Assembly (NCBI GenBank): GCA_951406725.2
Contig: OX597827.1
Coordinates: 57,102,001 to 57,166,000 of the forward strand
Reading direction: 5' to 3'
Origin: Octopus vulgaris
Lineage: Eukaryota
DNA: 64,000 bases
Shown: in pieces, positions 24,649 to 36,800 of the stretch
How the letters are laid out: the number at the start of each line of letters is the position of its first letter
How positions within the stretch are numbered: position 1 is the stretch's first letter
Notes under the pieces: generated by a model
The model's input: the letters and a program-made list of their open reading frames with translations, nothing else
Databases searched by the model: none
Told to the model about the DNA's origin: nothing
Position numbers and translations under genes: made by a program

Positions 24649-24826
24649 AGCCCAAGTCGGAACAGATATTTTCACGAGGCATTTCCGACCTTGCCAAGGT
24701 TATATCTGACCTAAAATTTTCAAATCGTCGCACTCGCGCCAAATTTATCGGCAGCAAATTTGCGGTTGAAGCTTTGGCTGTTATTTCTAGTGGGTGAATG
24801 GCCTATTATGGCCGTTCCTTGATTGT

Positions 24827-24879
<53 letters not shown>

Positions 24880-24894
24880 TGTGTGTGTGTGTAT

Positions 24895-25270
24895 GTAAAA
24901 CTGAGAATGTATGTCTGTCTGTCTGTCTGTGTGTTTCTCTAAAACTTGAGAACTACACAACCAATTTCATTCAAATTCATATAATTACTACATATAATTC
25001 AATATCATATCTTCTCCACTATTTCAGTATTACGTGTTAAAAGTGAAACAAAAACATTTCTCTATTTTATGTCAGATACTTTCAATTTAACAATAAAAAT
25101 AATAATAACAATTGAATTATATGTAGTAAGTAATAATTAAAATCAAACTAAAGTATAATATAATCGTAAGATAACAAAAGTAAAAATAGCAATTGGTATA
25201 AAATTGCATCAATGACTTGAACTTGAATAAGTGGTTTCACATGAATGGGAATAAATTAAAAATAAAATAT
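24895..25270 (+). mobile_element. second copy of the Helitron-like element, internally deleted
   Basis: Matches 20878-21300 but lacks the CATGCCTTACTTAGGG..GAGCAC block. Confidence 0.65.
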
Positions 25271-26320
25271 GGATAGCCTGGCTCGGTTTGGGATACCTGG
25301 CTGGTCCTGGACTTGGCTTGCTGGCTGGAAACTTGCCTAGGCTGACTGGCTGACCGGGTCTTTGCTGCCTGGCTGGCCCGGCCTTGGGTTGCTGGCTGGA
25401 AACTTGCCTAGGCTGGATAGCTGGCCCGGTTTTGGACACCTGGCTGGCCCGGTCTTGGCTTGCTGGCTGGAAACTGACCTAGGCTTGCTGGCTGGCTCGG
25501 TTTTGGATACCTGGCTGGTCCTGGGCTTGGCTTGCTGGCTGGAAACTGGCCTAGGCTGGCTGGCTGGGCGGGTCTTGGCACCTGGCTGGCTCGGCCTTGG
25601 CTTGCTTGCTGGAAACTGACCTAGGCTGGCTGGCCGGATCTTGGCTGCCTGGCTGGCCCGGTCTTGGCTTGCTTGCTGGCCTGGCCTTGACTGGCTGGCT
25701 GGTTTGGTTTAGGATACCTGGCTGGTCCTGAGCTTGGCTTGCTGACTGGAAACTGGCCTAGGCTGGCTGGCTGGCCCGGTTTTGGATACCTGGCTGGTCC
25801 TGGGTTTGGCTTGCTGACTGGAAACTGGCTTAGGCTGGCTGGCTGGCCCCGTTTCGGATACCTGGCGGGTCCTGGGCTTGCCTTGCTGGCTGGCTGGCTG
25901 GGTCTTGGCTGCCTGGCGGGCCCGGTTTTGGATACCTGGCTGGCACGGCCTTTGCTTACTGGCTGGAAACTGACCTAGGCTGGCTGACTGGCCGATTTTT
26001 GGATACCTGGCTGGCCCGGCTTTGGCTTGCTGGCTGGAAACTGGCCTAGGATGACTAGCTGGCCCGGTGTTGGATGCCTGGCTGGCTGGCCGGGTCTTGA
26101 CTTGCTGGCTGGCCTAGTCTTGGCTGCCTGGTTGGCCCGGTTTATATACCTGGCTGGCCCGGCCTCTGCTTGCTGGCTGGAAACTGGCCTAGGCTGGCTG
26201 GCCCGGTTTTGGATACTTGGCTGGCCTGGCCTTGGCTTGCTGGCTGGAAACTGTCCTAGGCTGGGTAGCTGGCCCGGTTTTGGATACCTGGCTGGTCCTG
26301 AGCTTGGCTTGCTGGCTGAC
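25270..26320. repeat. GC-rich GGCT-based minisatellite (variable ~50-70-bp units)
   Basis: Recurrent GGCCCGGTTTTGGATACCTGGCTGG and GGAAACTGGCCTAGGCTGGCTGG blocks. Confidence 0.9.
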
Positions 26321-26394
26321 GCATGCATTGTTATTATTATTATAGTGCATTTTTGTGCCATTCGAAACACAGTATTATTATTTATTATATTTTT

Positions 26395-26585
26395 TTATCA
26401 TTTACTTGTTTTAGTCATTAGACTGTGGCCATGTTGGAGCATCTTTTTGAAGGGTTTTAGTTGTATAAATTAATTCCAACACTTGTTTTTAAAGTCTGGT
26501 CCCCATTCTCTTGTCACTGATGCCAAACTGCTAAATTTTGGGGAGATAAACAAACTAATACTGCTCATATTGCCTGTCAAGCAGT
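26395..26585 (-). mobile_element. SINE family A, diverged 3' half
   Basis: TTTACTTGTTTTAGTCATTAGACTGTGGCCATGTTGGAGCA. Confidence 0.6.
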
Positions 26586-26638
26586 GGGGGGGGGGGGAGG
26601 TAGACACACATACATACACACACACTCATACACATATG

Positions 26639-26686
<48 letters not shown>

Positions 26687-26794
26687 TGTGTGTGTGTGTG
26701 TATACCTCCTGTAAATACATTTCTGCTCAAACTTTTAGAGTGTGCTTCTTTTTCGGACATATAATCCCCTGACCATATATACACATACATACAT

Positions 26795-26825
<31 letters not shown>

Positions 26826-26832
26826 CACACAT

Positions 26833-26882
<50 letters not shown>

Positions 26883-27055
26883 GTATGTATGTATGTGTTT
26901 ATACATACGTAGGAGGGAACGTAAAAATTATACGCACTCTTGTTGTTTTCAACATATTTGCACAAAAGCAGGGGATAAAAAGTGCATATGCGTGTGTATA
27001 CATATATGTATAAATATATGTATGTATATATGTATATGTATATATGTATATATAT

Positions 27056-27096
<41 letters not shown>

Positions 27097-27233
27097 ATGT
27101 GTGAGGATATAAATGTGTGCATATATATATACATACATATATATACATATATATATATATATACATGCATATACATTCATATATGTATATGTACATATAT
27201 ATATATATATATATATATACATACATGCATACA

Positions 27234-27269
<36 letters not shown>

Positions 27270-27329
27270 TGTATATATATATATATATAAATATATATGT
27301 ATATATATACATACATAAATATATATATG

Positions 27330-27397
<68 letters not shown>

Positions 27398-28759
27398 GTA
27401 TTTTCTTTGTATATGTGAATGTGTGCAAAATGAGTTTTATTGCATAACAAAAGAATCATTTATGAATCGTGGCGATTACAAACAAATACACGATTTATTT
27501 AAAGAAAACAATAATATGATTCTAATTTTAACTCGTGGGCTTAGGTTCCCGAGGATATACACAGAACTGGTTATATTGGAAAACACAATTGGCTGCTATT
27601 CTATAACAGTTGCTATAAATAACCCAAGGGTATACAGACTTGCAAAAGAGGAATAAAGAAAAAAAAATAGAACAGAGTTACGTGATCGGAACTTTCCTTT
27701 AACATTGATATTAATATCTCATAATAATTTCTGGTTACAATGCTAATGTTGTTATTGGTATTGTTGTTACTTTAATTATCTAATGTGATTGCATTGGCAG
27801 GATTTCCCTGTTTGATGAGGCCTTGTCGTCTATTATTATTCTTCCGTTCGCGTCTATCTCGGATGCGTAATATAAATGTAAATTGACTTCAATAAAAGAC
27901 CGTTACTTTATTTGGACGTCCCCGGTTTGATGAGAGACGAAGTTGAACTGAGCAGAGTTTCGAAAGCGAAATTTTAATTCGGCATCATGTTTTGCTATGG
28001 CAATGGTTTCAATGAGTTCATCATAATTTTTTCTCAAATTCATGTAGCATTTGACTTGTGTCTTTTTAGAGATTCGTGGCAAAGAAGCTTGAAAGCAGTT
28101 CTGCTGCATAATAAGAATGTAATACAATGTACCCTCATTGCGCAATTTGTCCCCATATAAGGGACATATGATAAAATGGCTGTACTACTTGATATCTTCA
28201 ATATCGTGTTCATAAATGGAATTTTTGAAGTTATTGGCATACTAATAGTTGTGCAAGCAATATGTTCAAAATACGAAAATACTTTTGCTTTCCAGATGAA
28301 CTTGACTGATCTCTAAGATAAAAATGTCCCAAGAATGAGTTGTGTCCAGTTTTTATTTATATAACATACTTATGTATGTGTATCGTTGAAAAGCCAGAAG
28401 CTAGTTTTGCCTCTGGGAAATTACTCTATAGACGTAGTGTGTTAAAAGACACAATATACTTCAGAGCTATGTATAACGAAATCCTGCTGGAAGTGACCCG
28501 AGAGCGACAGGTACGCATATGGCTGTTGTTGCTGCTTGACAATGCCAAGTACTTGTTTCATTTCCAACATAAACACTAGCTAAGAATTTGGCGGGTGGAC
28601 ATAGTTACAGTTATTCCATACGTCAAGGAGACGTGTGTTTTGTTATCACAAACACATAAGGCTGTCATAATCTGTGTAGTATCTTCAATGAGATTATAAT
28701 TCTCAAGTTATTAAACCTTATCTTTAGAGAGTATATTTACAATAGTTACTTGAGATGTT

Positions 28760-28942
28760 ACTGGTGCCAAGCTGTATCGGCATTTGCCTTTCCCTTGGAC
28801 AACATCGGTGGCGTGAAAAGGGGAGGCTGTTATGCATGGGCGACTGCTGGTCTTCCACAAACAACCTTGCCCACGCTTGTGCCTCGGAGGGGAATTTCCT
28901 AGTTACAATCGCATGGTCATACGTGATCGAAGGGGGTCTTTA
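28760..28942 (+). mobile_element. SINE family E, 3' part
   Basis: GGGGAGGCTG.TATGCATGGGCGACTGCTGGTCTTCCA..AACAACCTTGCCC matches 45414-45748. Confidence 0.75.
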
Positions 28943-29606
28943 CTCTTAACCCTATTTACAACTTTTAGGACTCCACTAAGTTTCGATCGGTTGGATCTCT
29001 CTGATCGTCATCAGATGTCGTATTCCTAGATCTGTACTTAATCAAAATACGAACCTTTATTTATAAAGTAAGACATTAAACTTGGTGTTTTTTAAACTAA
29101 AACGTTGATACTTATACGCAGTAAATAAGGCTATTACTACTACAATTACAGCGTAGATGATTCGTTTTAGCCATCTAGAAGCACGCCGAAGCTGTTAACT
29201 TCACTTCACAATTTATTGTGTCAGTGACCAGGTCGGAGACAGTTCAACGATAATTTTGACACCAAGTGATAAATACTTAAGTGAATTTAACAGTTTCTGT
29301 GTTTTTGAATGGCTAAAGTGCGTTTTGAATGACTAAAATGCTTTAGATTCAACATACGGTCTCAGATCAAATTACCCGTAGGACAAGTTCAACTCTGTTA
29401 TTACTACCCTTAAGGAAGAGAAAAAAGGTTTTGGAAGCAATGTTCATGGCCAAGTATAAGACATCTGACGACAATCGGAGAACCAACCAAACAAAACGTA
29501 ATTTTGTTTTAATGATGACATTAATAAACTGCTAATTTATCATTTTAATAACAGTTCAGTTTAAGAGAGTATTGTAGTTCGCTTGAAGCATTGTGTATTG
29601 TTTGTA

Positions 29607-29898
29607 AAGAATAAAAAGTTTTGAATGGTACAACAATGCACTATAATACAAAAGATGGACTATATACCTGTTGTAATTTAGTCATACATACTGTGATATG
29701 ATATTTTGGAATATTCTTCTTCAGATATTCTTAGATGGAGTCGCTGCTATAATCGGAGCAACTCCATCTAAGAATATCTGAAGAAGGAAAAATATTCAGA
29801 AATATCATCGGACTATGGATAACTAAATTACAACAGGTATATAGTCCATTTTTTGTATTATAGTGCATCGTTGTACCATTTAAAACTTTTTATTCTTT
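29607..29898. repeat. diverged ~130-bp-arm hairpin (Penelope-like inversion)
   Basis: AAGAATAAAAAGTTTT...GATGGAGT / ACTCCATC...AAAACTTTTTATTCTT; CTGAAGA..GAAA remnant in the arm. Confidence 0.85.
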
Positions 29899-30654
29899 AG
29901 TTCATTTTAAACATTGATACATAATTTTGTGTATTTTGTGGGGAATACTGTCATAATTTTTACATTACAGAATGTTTATAATACACCTTGATAAATGACT
30001 TATAACATGATAAAACACGAGCGAGTCAAAGGAGAGTTGAAATCATTATTATTTGTTCTTAGGACATGTTCTTTCCATACCTTTCCAGCAGAAATTTAAA
30101 TTAAATAAAATTGAGAGTCTGAATAAACTAATTCTGGTCTGTGTGGGAAAAATTCTTAGTTGAAGTTTCACTTTATGACAAATGACTTTTCTCGAAACGT
30201 CAGAGGCCTCATCTTACTGCAGTAAATGCATTTACTCAAATGAATGTTTGTATTTAGTAGAGGGTGACTGAACAGCAGATGGAAAGAAAGTAACAATCAG
30301 GCAGGAACGTTAAATGTAGCCGAGCAGAAATAAAAGAATTTTAATTCAGTGGCTGGAGTAGCAAGTATTTTGATTAAAATGTAATTGCATCTGTGTGGAG
30401 AGGTTATTGTTTCGTTGGTTTATGTAACATCTTTAGCTAATGGATCAACACACGCATGTGCACGAGCGCACACACGCATGCACGCACGCACACACACATA
30501 CACATACGCACATACATAGACGCGCGCAACACACACACAAATTCACATAGTATAATATAATTCTTTCTACTATAGAACTATATAGGTAAATGACCTGAAA
30601 TTTTAGGGGAGAGGGGTAGATTATGTTGTATATATATATATTAAATCTATGTTA

Positions 30655-31386
30655 AAGCAAGATTGTGCGATTGAGACGCTTAGTTTGCAATCACGTCGTT
30701 TCGGGTTCAGTTCCACCGTGCGGCACCTTGAGCAAGTGTCTCCTACTATAGTTCCGGGTCGACTAATGTCTTGAGAGTGAATTTGATAAACGGAAACTAT
30801 GTGCAAGCTGTCGTATATACACATATTCATACATACCTACATACATACATGTATGCATGCATACATACACACATACATACATGCATGCATACATACATAC
30901 AAGCCGTCGTATATACATACATACATGCATGCATATATAATAATAACATACATACATGTGAGCATGCATACATGCATTCATGCATACATGTATACATGCG
31001 TGCATATATACATACATGCATATATACATAAATGCATACATACATACATGCATGCATAAATATATACATACTTACTTGCTTACATACATACATTCTGTAG
31101 TACATGCATACATACATGCATTGCACACATACATATGTATATAATGTGTGTATTTTTGCTTATGTGTGTGTATGTGTGTGCGCGTGTGCGTATGTGTGTG
31201 TATGTGTGTGTGTCTGTGTATGTATTATTCCCGCCCACTACGTGCTTCCGTTTTCGGCAAAAGACACAATAAAATCAGTTACAGACTTTAAAAAAAAGCA
31301 AGTACTTGGGTCGGTTTGTTCGACTAGACCCCTCAAAGTGGTGCTCCAGTATGGCCGTACACTATTGACTGAAATAAATAAAAGAA
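30655..31386 (+). mobile_element. SINE family A, diverged, with expanded internal microsatellite
   Basis: Head GGGTTCAGTTCCAC..GGCACCTTGAGCAAGTGTC and tail GTGCTCCAGTATGGCCG..ACTGAAATAAATAAAAGA about 700 bp apart. Confidence 0.7.
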
Positions 31387-31483
31387 TTCTATTAGATTAG
31401 TAACTTCTGTCGAATCACTAGCTCCCATATTGATGGGAGTTATGGATGACACTCTTCTTTACACATCGTGCCAACGTCACAGT

Positions 31484-31777
31484 CTTTTTTACTCTTTTAC
31501 TTGTTTCAGCCAAGTAACTGTGGCCATGCTGGAGCATCGCCTTTTTTAGTCGAACAAATCAACACAGGACTTATTCTTTGTAAGCCTAGTACTTATTCTA
31601 TCGGTCTCTTTTGCCGAATCGCTAAGTTACGGGGACGTAAACACACCCTCATCGGTTGTCAAGCGATGTTGGGGGAACAAACACAGACACACAAACATAT
31701 ACACACATACATACATATATATATATTTTTTAACCTTTTAAAACAAGCCTTCTGTAGTTTTTTCACTTTTTACTATT

Positions 31778-31818
<41 letters not shown>

Positions 31819-31979
31819 ACGGGCTTCTTTCAGTTTCCGTCTACCAAATCCACTCACAAGGCCTTGGTCGGCCCGAGGCTATAGGAGAAGACACTTACCC
31901 AAGGTGCCGCGCACTGGGACTGAACCTGGGACCATGTGGTTCGTAAGCAAGCTACTTACCACACAGCCACTCCTACGCA
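31484..31979 (-). mobile_element. SINE family A, full length
   Basis: Reverse complement of 80-523; small foreign insert in its TA tract. Confidence 0.85.
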
Positions 31980-32292
31980 TACAGTTCTAGGATAATTATT
32001 GATTTTATCTTGCGGCGTTCGTTTTATAGGAACATAACAGCTACCGTTATGTGACTATAAAAACTTTGCATTAGTGTATATCGCTGAACCAATTTATCAC
32101 TCCCTGCGAATTAATCTACAGGGTGTGCCGAGAATCACATACGAAGTAAGTTCAATACTCCGAGGAATTGCCAGATATGCTTCAACATTTCTAAAATTGA
32201 ATAATATAAATAAAATAATGATGAATACACTCATACTTTTACATGAATAATACTAATGATGATGGTAATGATGATGATGATGATGTTGATGT

Positions 32293-32329
<37 letters not shown>

Positions 32330-32401
32330 AATAATAATAACAACAACAATAATAATAATAATAATAATAACAACAACAACAACAACAATAATAATAATAA
32401 C

Positions 32402-32460
<59 letters not shown>

Positions 32461-32465
32461 TGATA

Positions 32466-32678
32466 ATCCTTTCTACTACAGGCACAAGGCCTGAAATTTG
32501 TTGGGTGGGATTAGTGGATTATATCGACCCCAGTGTTTCACTAGCACTTAATTTATCGACCCCGAAAGGATGAAAAGTAAAGTCGACCTAGGCGGAATTT
32601 GAACACAGATCGTAGCGACGGGCGAAATACCACTAACCATTTCATCCAGCGTGCTAACGATTCTGCCAGCTCGCTACC
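32466..32678 (-). mobile_element. SINE family B in (AAT)n
   Basis: Colinear with 7441-7663. Confidence 0.8.
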
Positions 32679-32703
32679 TTAAATGATAATAATAATGATG
32701 ATG

Positions 32704-32757
<54 letters not shown>

Positions 32758-32766
32758 GTAATAGTA

Positions 32767-32819
<53 letters not shown>

Positions 32820-32865
32820 AATAAATATTATAATAATAATAATTATTATTATTATTATTATTATT

Positions 32866-32985
32866 CTCTTTGACTTTTGTTTTACATTTGCACAAGCTGG
32901 CTCCAAGTCTCACCCAGAGACCTCAAGAGACAACAAGCTGGAAGTTCATGTTGGTGTTATGCCTAAGGTGCCATATATTTGATTT
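32866..32985 (-). mobile_element. short 3' end of an R4-like element in (AAT)n
   Basis: Minus strand TGAGGTCTCTGGGTGAGACTTG resembles TGAGGTCCCTCGTGACTTG after the stop of the 9922 element; (AAT)n flanks. Confidence 0.5.
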
Positions 32986-33002
32986 TATTATTATTATTTT
33001 TG

Positions 33003-33123
<121 letters not shown>

Positions 33124-33130
33124 CATCATT

Positions 33131-33161
<31 letters not shown>

Positions 33162-33184
33162 TTATTACAACATTATTTGACTAG

Positions 33185-33520
33185 AAAATCTGACAGTTTT
33201 GTCATAGTAAAAGAACAAAGCAATTATCGCGGATATCGGTTCACCTAGGGACCACAGGGTAAATGAGGAACCTATGGAGAATCAGGCAAGTAGAAGTAGT
33301 ACCGATCGTGTTTGGCGGACTGCACGCAGTTAGCCAAAGGTTAGATACATAGCTTGAGTAGCTAGGAATTACGATCAGAACGGGTCAGTTGCAGAAAACA
33401 GCAAGGATTCTAAGCAAGGTGCTAGAAAGTTGAAGAACGAATGACCCAAAGGGCCTTTGATATGGCTCACGCTTTTGGTATAGTGTCAGTATAAGACTTG
33501 CCAGAGGAAAACGTCAATGA
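33185..33520 (+). mobile_element. R4-like endonuclease C-terminal remnant
   Basis: IADIGSPRDHRV, VEVVPIVFGGL, LQKTARILSKVLES* across frames. Confidence 0.6.
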
Positions 33521-34067
33521 AAAACATAACGATACCAAACGTTTTGGCGTGTGACTTTTTGCCCACCATGTATGACTTGCCCCGCGACTGTTCTTTTATC
33601 ATAAGAGTAATCATATGTAAGATGTTCTGCTTAATTCTAGCTATTACAGCTCCTTTGGATTTATTGATGCAATAGATGGATTTCTCTTGAAATCTACCTT
33701 ATTGTCTTTCAGGGGAAAATATGGGTCTCTAGGGTTAAGGAGTTTAGATTTATCATTTATACATAGGTCTTAAGTGATTTCTCAAGAGTTAGGATTGACT
33801 TGAAACGCTAGTTCTAGCTTAGAGCAAACAGACACACACACACATGCATACGCGTGCGTACACATGCGCGCACACACACACACACATTACTAATCCTTCT
33901 TCCTCTATGTATCTATGTATGTATGTATCTATCTATCTATTTATATATATATATGTATACACACACATACACACACACATATGATTCTTCACTCTCTCAC
34001 ACACTTTGTTTACTTATGTTTACATGCAAATATGTATGTGCCTGTATGTGCCCATGTACATGTTTAC

Positions 34068-34123
<56 letters not shown>

Positions 34124-34515
34124 GTGTGTGTGCAAATGTATACGTACACACAAACGCATACACAACATTACCTATATATCTATATCTATATCTATATACA
34201 TATACATTACAGATGCACATGTATATACCTTGTACGTACACGTATGCACATAAATACGTGAACACAGACAAAACGTATATATGTTGAAATCTCATTGAAA
34301 ATTACTTCAATCAGTTAAAGAGTTGTGAAGTAATACTGAAGTATGTATTATATCGATATATCATATCGGCGATTCGCCGATATTGAGACGCGGTCATATA
34401 ATGAAGGATGCCAGCAGTGGAATCAAAAGCGCACTCGTTGCAAAACTTTTAAAAACTTCACTCCTTTCTTTCCTCTTTTCCTGTTTTTCGTTTGTTTTAT
34501 GTTTTCTTTATTACT

Positions 34516-34564
<49 letters not shown>

Positions 34565-34568
34565 CCAC

Positions 34569-34636
<68 letters not shown>

Positions 34637-34727
34637 ATGTGTCTCTGTCAGACTGTTAGTCTTCTCGTTTGTTCATCTCTCTCGCTCTCTCTCTCTATCT
34701 CTCTCTCTCTATCTATCTATCTTTCTA

Positions 34728-34803
<76 letters not shown>

Positions 34804-34998
34804 CCTATCTATCTCTACTGATTCGTTTGACAGCTTACCTATACGTTAACCTATATGTCTGACCATACAGTTTTCTGTGGTGTTAGCCAGTAGCGTTATG
34901 TGTCAATTTATGTACGTAAACCTATATATGTATATATGTAGTATACATATATGCATGTATGCATTTATGTATTCCTGTATGTATCAGTCATGTATGTG

Positions 34999-35034
<36 letters not shown>

Positions 35035-35062
35035 AAAAATAAGTCAAGGTAGAAAATGCTAT

Positions 35063-35128
<66 letters not shown>

Positions 35129-35149
35129 AATTAAATACACAACCGAAAG

Positions 35150-35235
35150 AGCTACTAATAGTTTCATGCTACTATTATACTTGAACAGGCATATTTATGA
35201 AATACGCCATGTATCTTAAAACAATCTTTCAGGCT
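35150..35235 (-). ncRNA. hammerhead ribozyme variant
   Basis: AGC-CTGAAAGA-tTG...CAt-GAA-ACTATTAGT-A-GCT; one extra A in the core. Confidence 0.5.
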
Positions 35236-35258
35236 TTGTTTATGTGTTTCTCTTTTGC

Positions 35259-35434
35259 TCTTTTACTCTTTTACTTGTTTCAGTCATTCGACTGCGGCCA
35301 TGCTGGAGCACCGCCTTTAGTCGATCGAGCAAATCGACCCCAGGACTTATTCTTTGTAAGCCTAGTACTTATTCGATCGGTCTATTTTGTTGAATCGCTA
35401 AGTTACGGGGACGTAAACACACCAGCACCGGTTG
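35259..35434 (-). mobile_element. SINE family A, 3' half
   Basis: CTCTTTTACTTGTTTCAGTCATT..GCGGCCATGCTGGAGCACCGCC. Confidence 0.8.
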
Positions 35435-35571
35435 TTATTATAAAGTGCCGTGTATTATTCGTGTGCTATTCTGCAACATTTCAGTCTCAAAATATTTTAT
35501 TCTAAGCTTGAAAGATAACATATATGACCTCGCCCGACTACTGTACTCAGAACAGAGATAATATATGTATA

Positions 35572-36800
35572 CACAGACATGATAGAAGTACATAGACACC
35601 CCATGAAACATCGTTTTATGTTTATTCGAACTTCTAAAGGTTTATATTTTTTTTTATTAATTGACATTTTTTATGTTTCAGGTTCTATATGTGATTGTTT
35701 AATCATGCCATGTACAAAAGAAGCCTTGGAACTGTCTGAATTTCAAAGAGGCTGTATTGTGGGTCATTCTGAAGGTGGACATAATCAGCGTAAGATGGCT
35801 TTCTACTGCTAATAGAGTGATTGTGCAATTCACCAGAGAGGGGAAGGAGTTCACATCACCTCGCCCAGATTGACCAGGGCCCTTCTAACAGGACTCTTCT
35901 CTTTGCTAAGAGAAGTGAGGAGGATAATCCTCATTGCAAGGCCTCTGACATAACAGAACAAGTTGATGTCAGTCCCAGAACAGCTGTCAGGTATCTCCAC
36001 AAACTTGGTTACTATGGCAGAGCAGCAAGAAGGAAGCAACTTCTTCGGCCAATCAACCTCAAGCGGAGAAAAGATTGAGCCAGTGAGATGGTGGAGAAGC
36101 CACTACCATTTTGGGACACTGTCATATTCTCTGATGAGTCCAGATTTGCTGTATTTCCTGACAGTGGTCAAATGTCGGTTTGGAGACTATGTGATCAAGA
36201 ATTTGATGTGAAAAGATTGCAGTCAACAATGAAACACGGCAGCTGGTCTCTGATTGTCTGGGGAGTAATTTGGAGCTATGGTTGATCAGAGGTGGTGGAG
36301 TGTGAGGGAAATATAAACTCAGATAAATATGTGTCCATATTGCAGAAAGGACTCCTTCCAATCTTCTCCAGTGGTGAAATGATTTAAGAAGACTCTTTAT
36401 TTATGAAAGATGGGGCTCCTTGTCATATGGCTAAAATGACCCAAGATTTGTTGGATGAGAATGGCATTAAAAAGCTTCTACGGCCATGCTAGTCACCTGA
36501 TATGAACTCTATTGAACAAGTCTGGGACATAGCGGACAAGATACTTCATGAAACATCAAGAAACCAGATTTTTTGAGATTACTGCATGAAACTTTGCAAG
36601 AAATTCCGCAAGAGAATATTCGTCTTCTGGTCAGTAACATGCATAATAGGGTCCTTGCATTGAAAACTGCAAAGGGTAATGTCTACTAAATATTACATAT
36701 TCACATTATAACAATTAATAAATAATTTGAATCTACAATTTCAGATTTAAATAAATTTTAATGATTTTAAGTTTGTCTATTTACTTCTGTCATGCCTATG
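35572..36800 (+). mobile_element. full-length Tc1-like transposon, transposase pseudogenised
   Basis: TA TSDs; ~28-bp imperfect TIRs CACAGACATGATAGAAGTACATAGAC / GTCTATTTACTTCTGTCATGCCTATG; LSEFQRGCIVG, VIFSDESRF, FMKDGAPCH, SPDMNSIEQVW (DDE triad); stops and frameshifts. Confidence 0.92.

Larger units (their letters stand above)
23330..24830 (-). mobile_element. putative retrozyme: ~2.9 tandem 492-bp hammerhead-containing units plus an inverted 5' segment
   Basis: Units start at 23331, 23823 and 24315; about 2 substitutions seen between units; 24758-24830 is the reverse complement of about 24417-24490; (TA)n on both flanks. Confidence 0.85.

Noticed and set aside
23330-26320. Possible CRISPR-like array
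   Set aside because: No unique spacers between short repeats, no cas genes, eukaryotic context
25362-26473. W/P/G/L-rich ORFs as a structural protein
   Set aside because: Products of the GGCT minisatellite with frequent stops and frame changes
27900-28600. Non-repetitive-looking ORFs as host exons
   Set aside because: Short, overlapping in different frames, with no recognisable family or splice support
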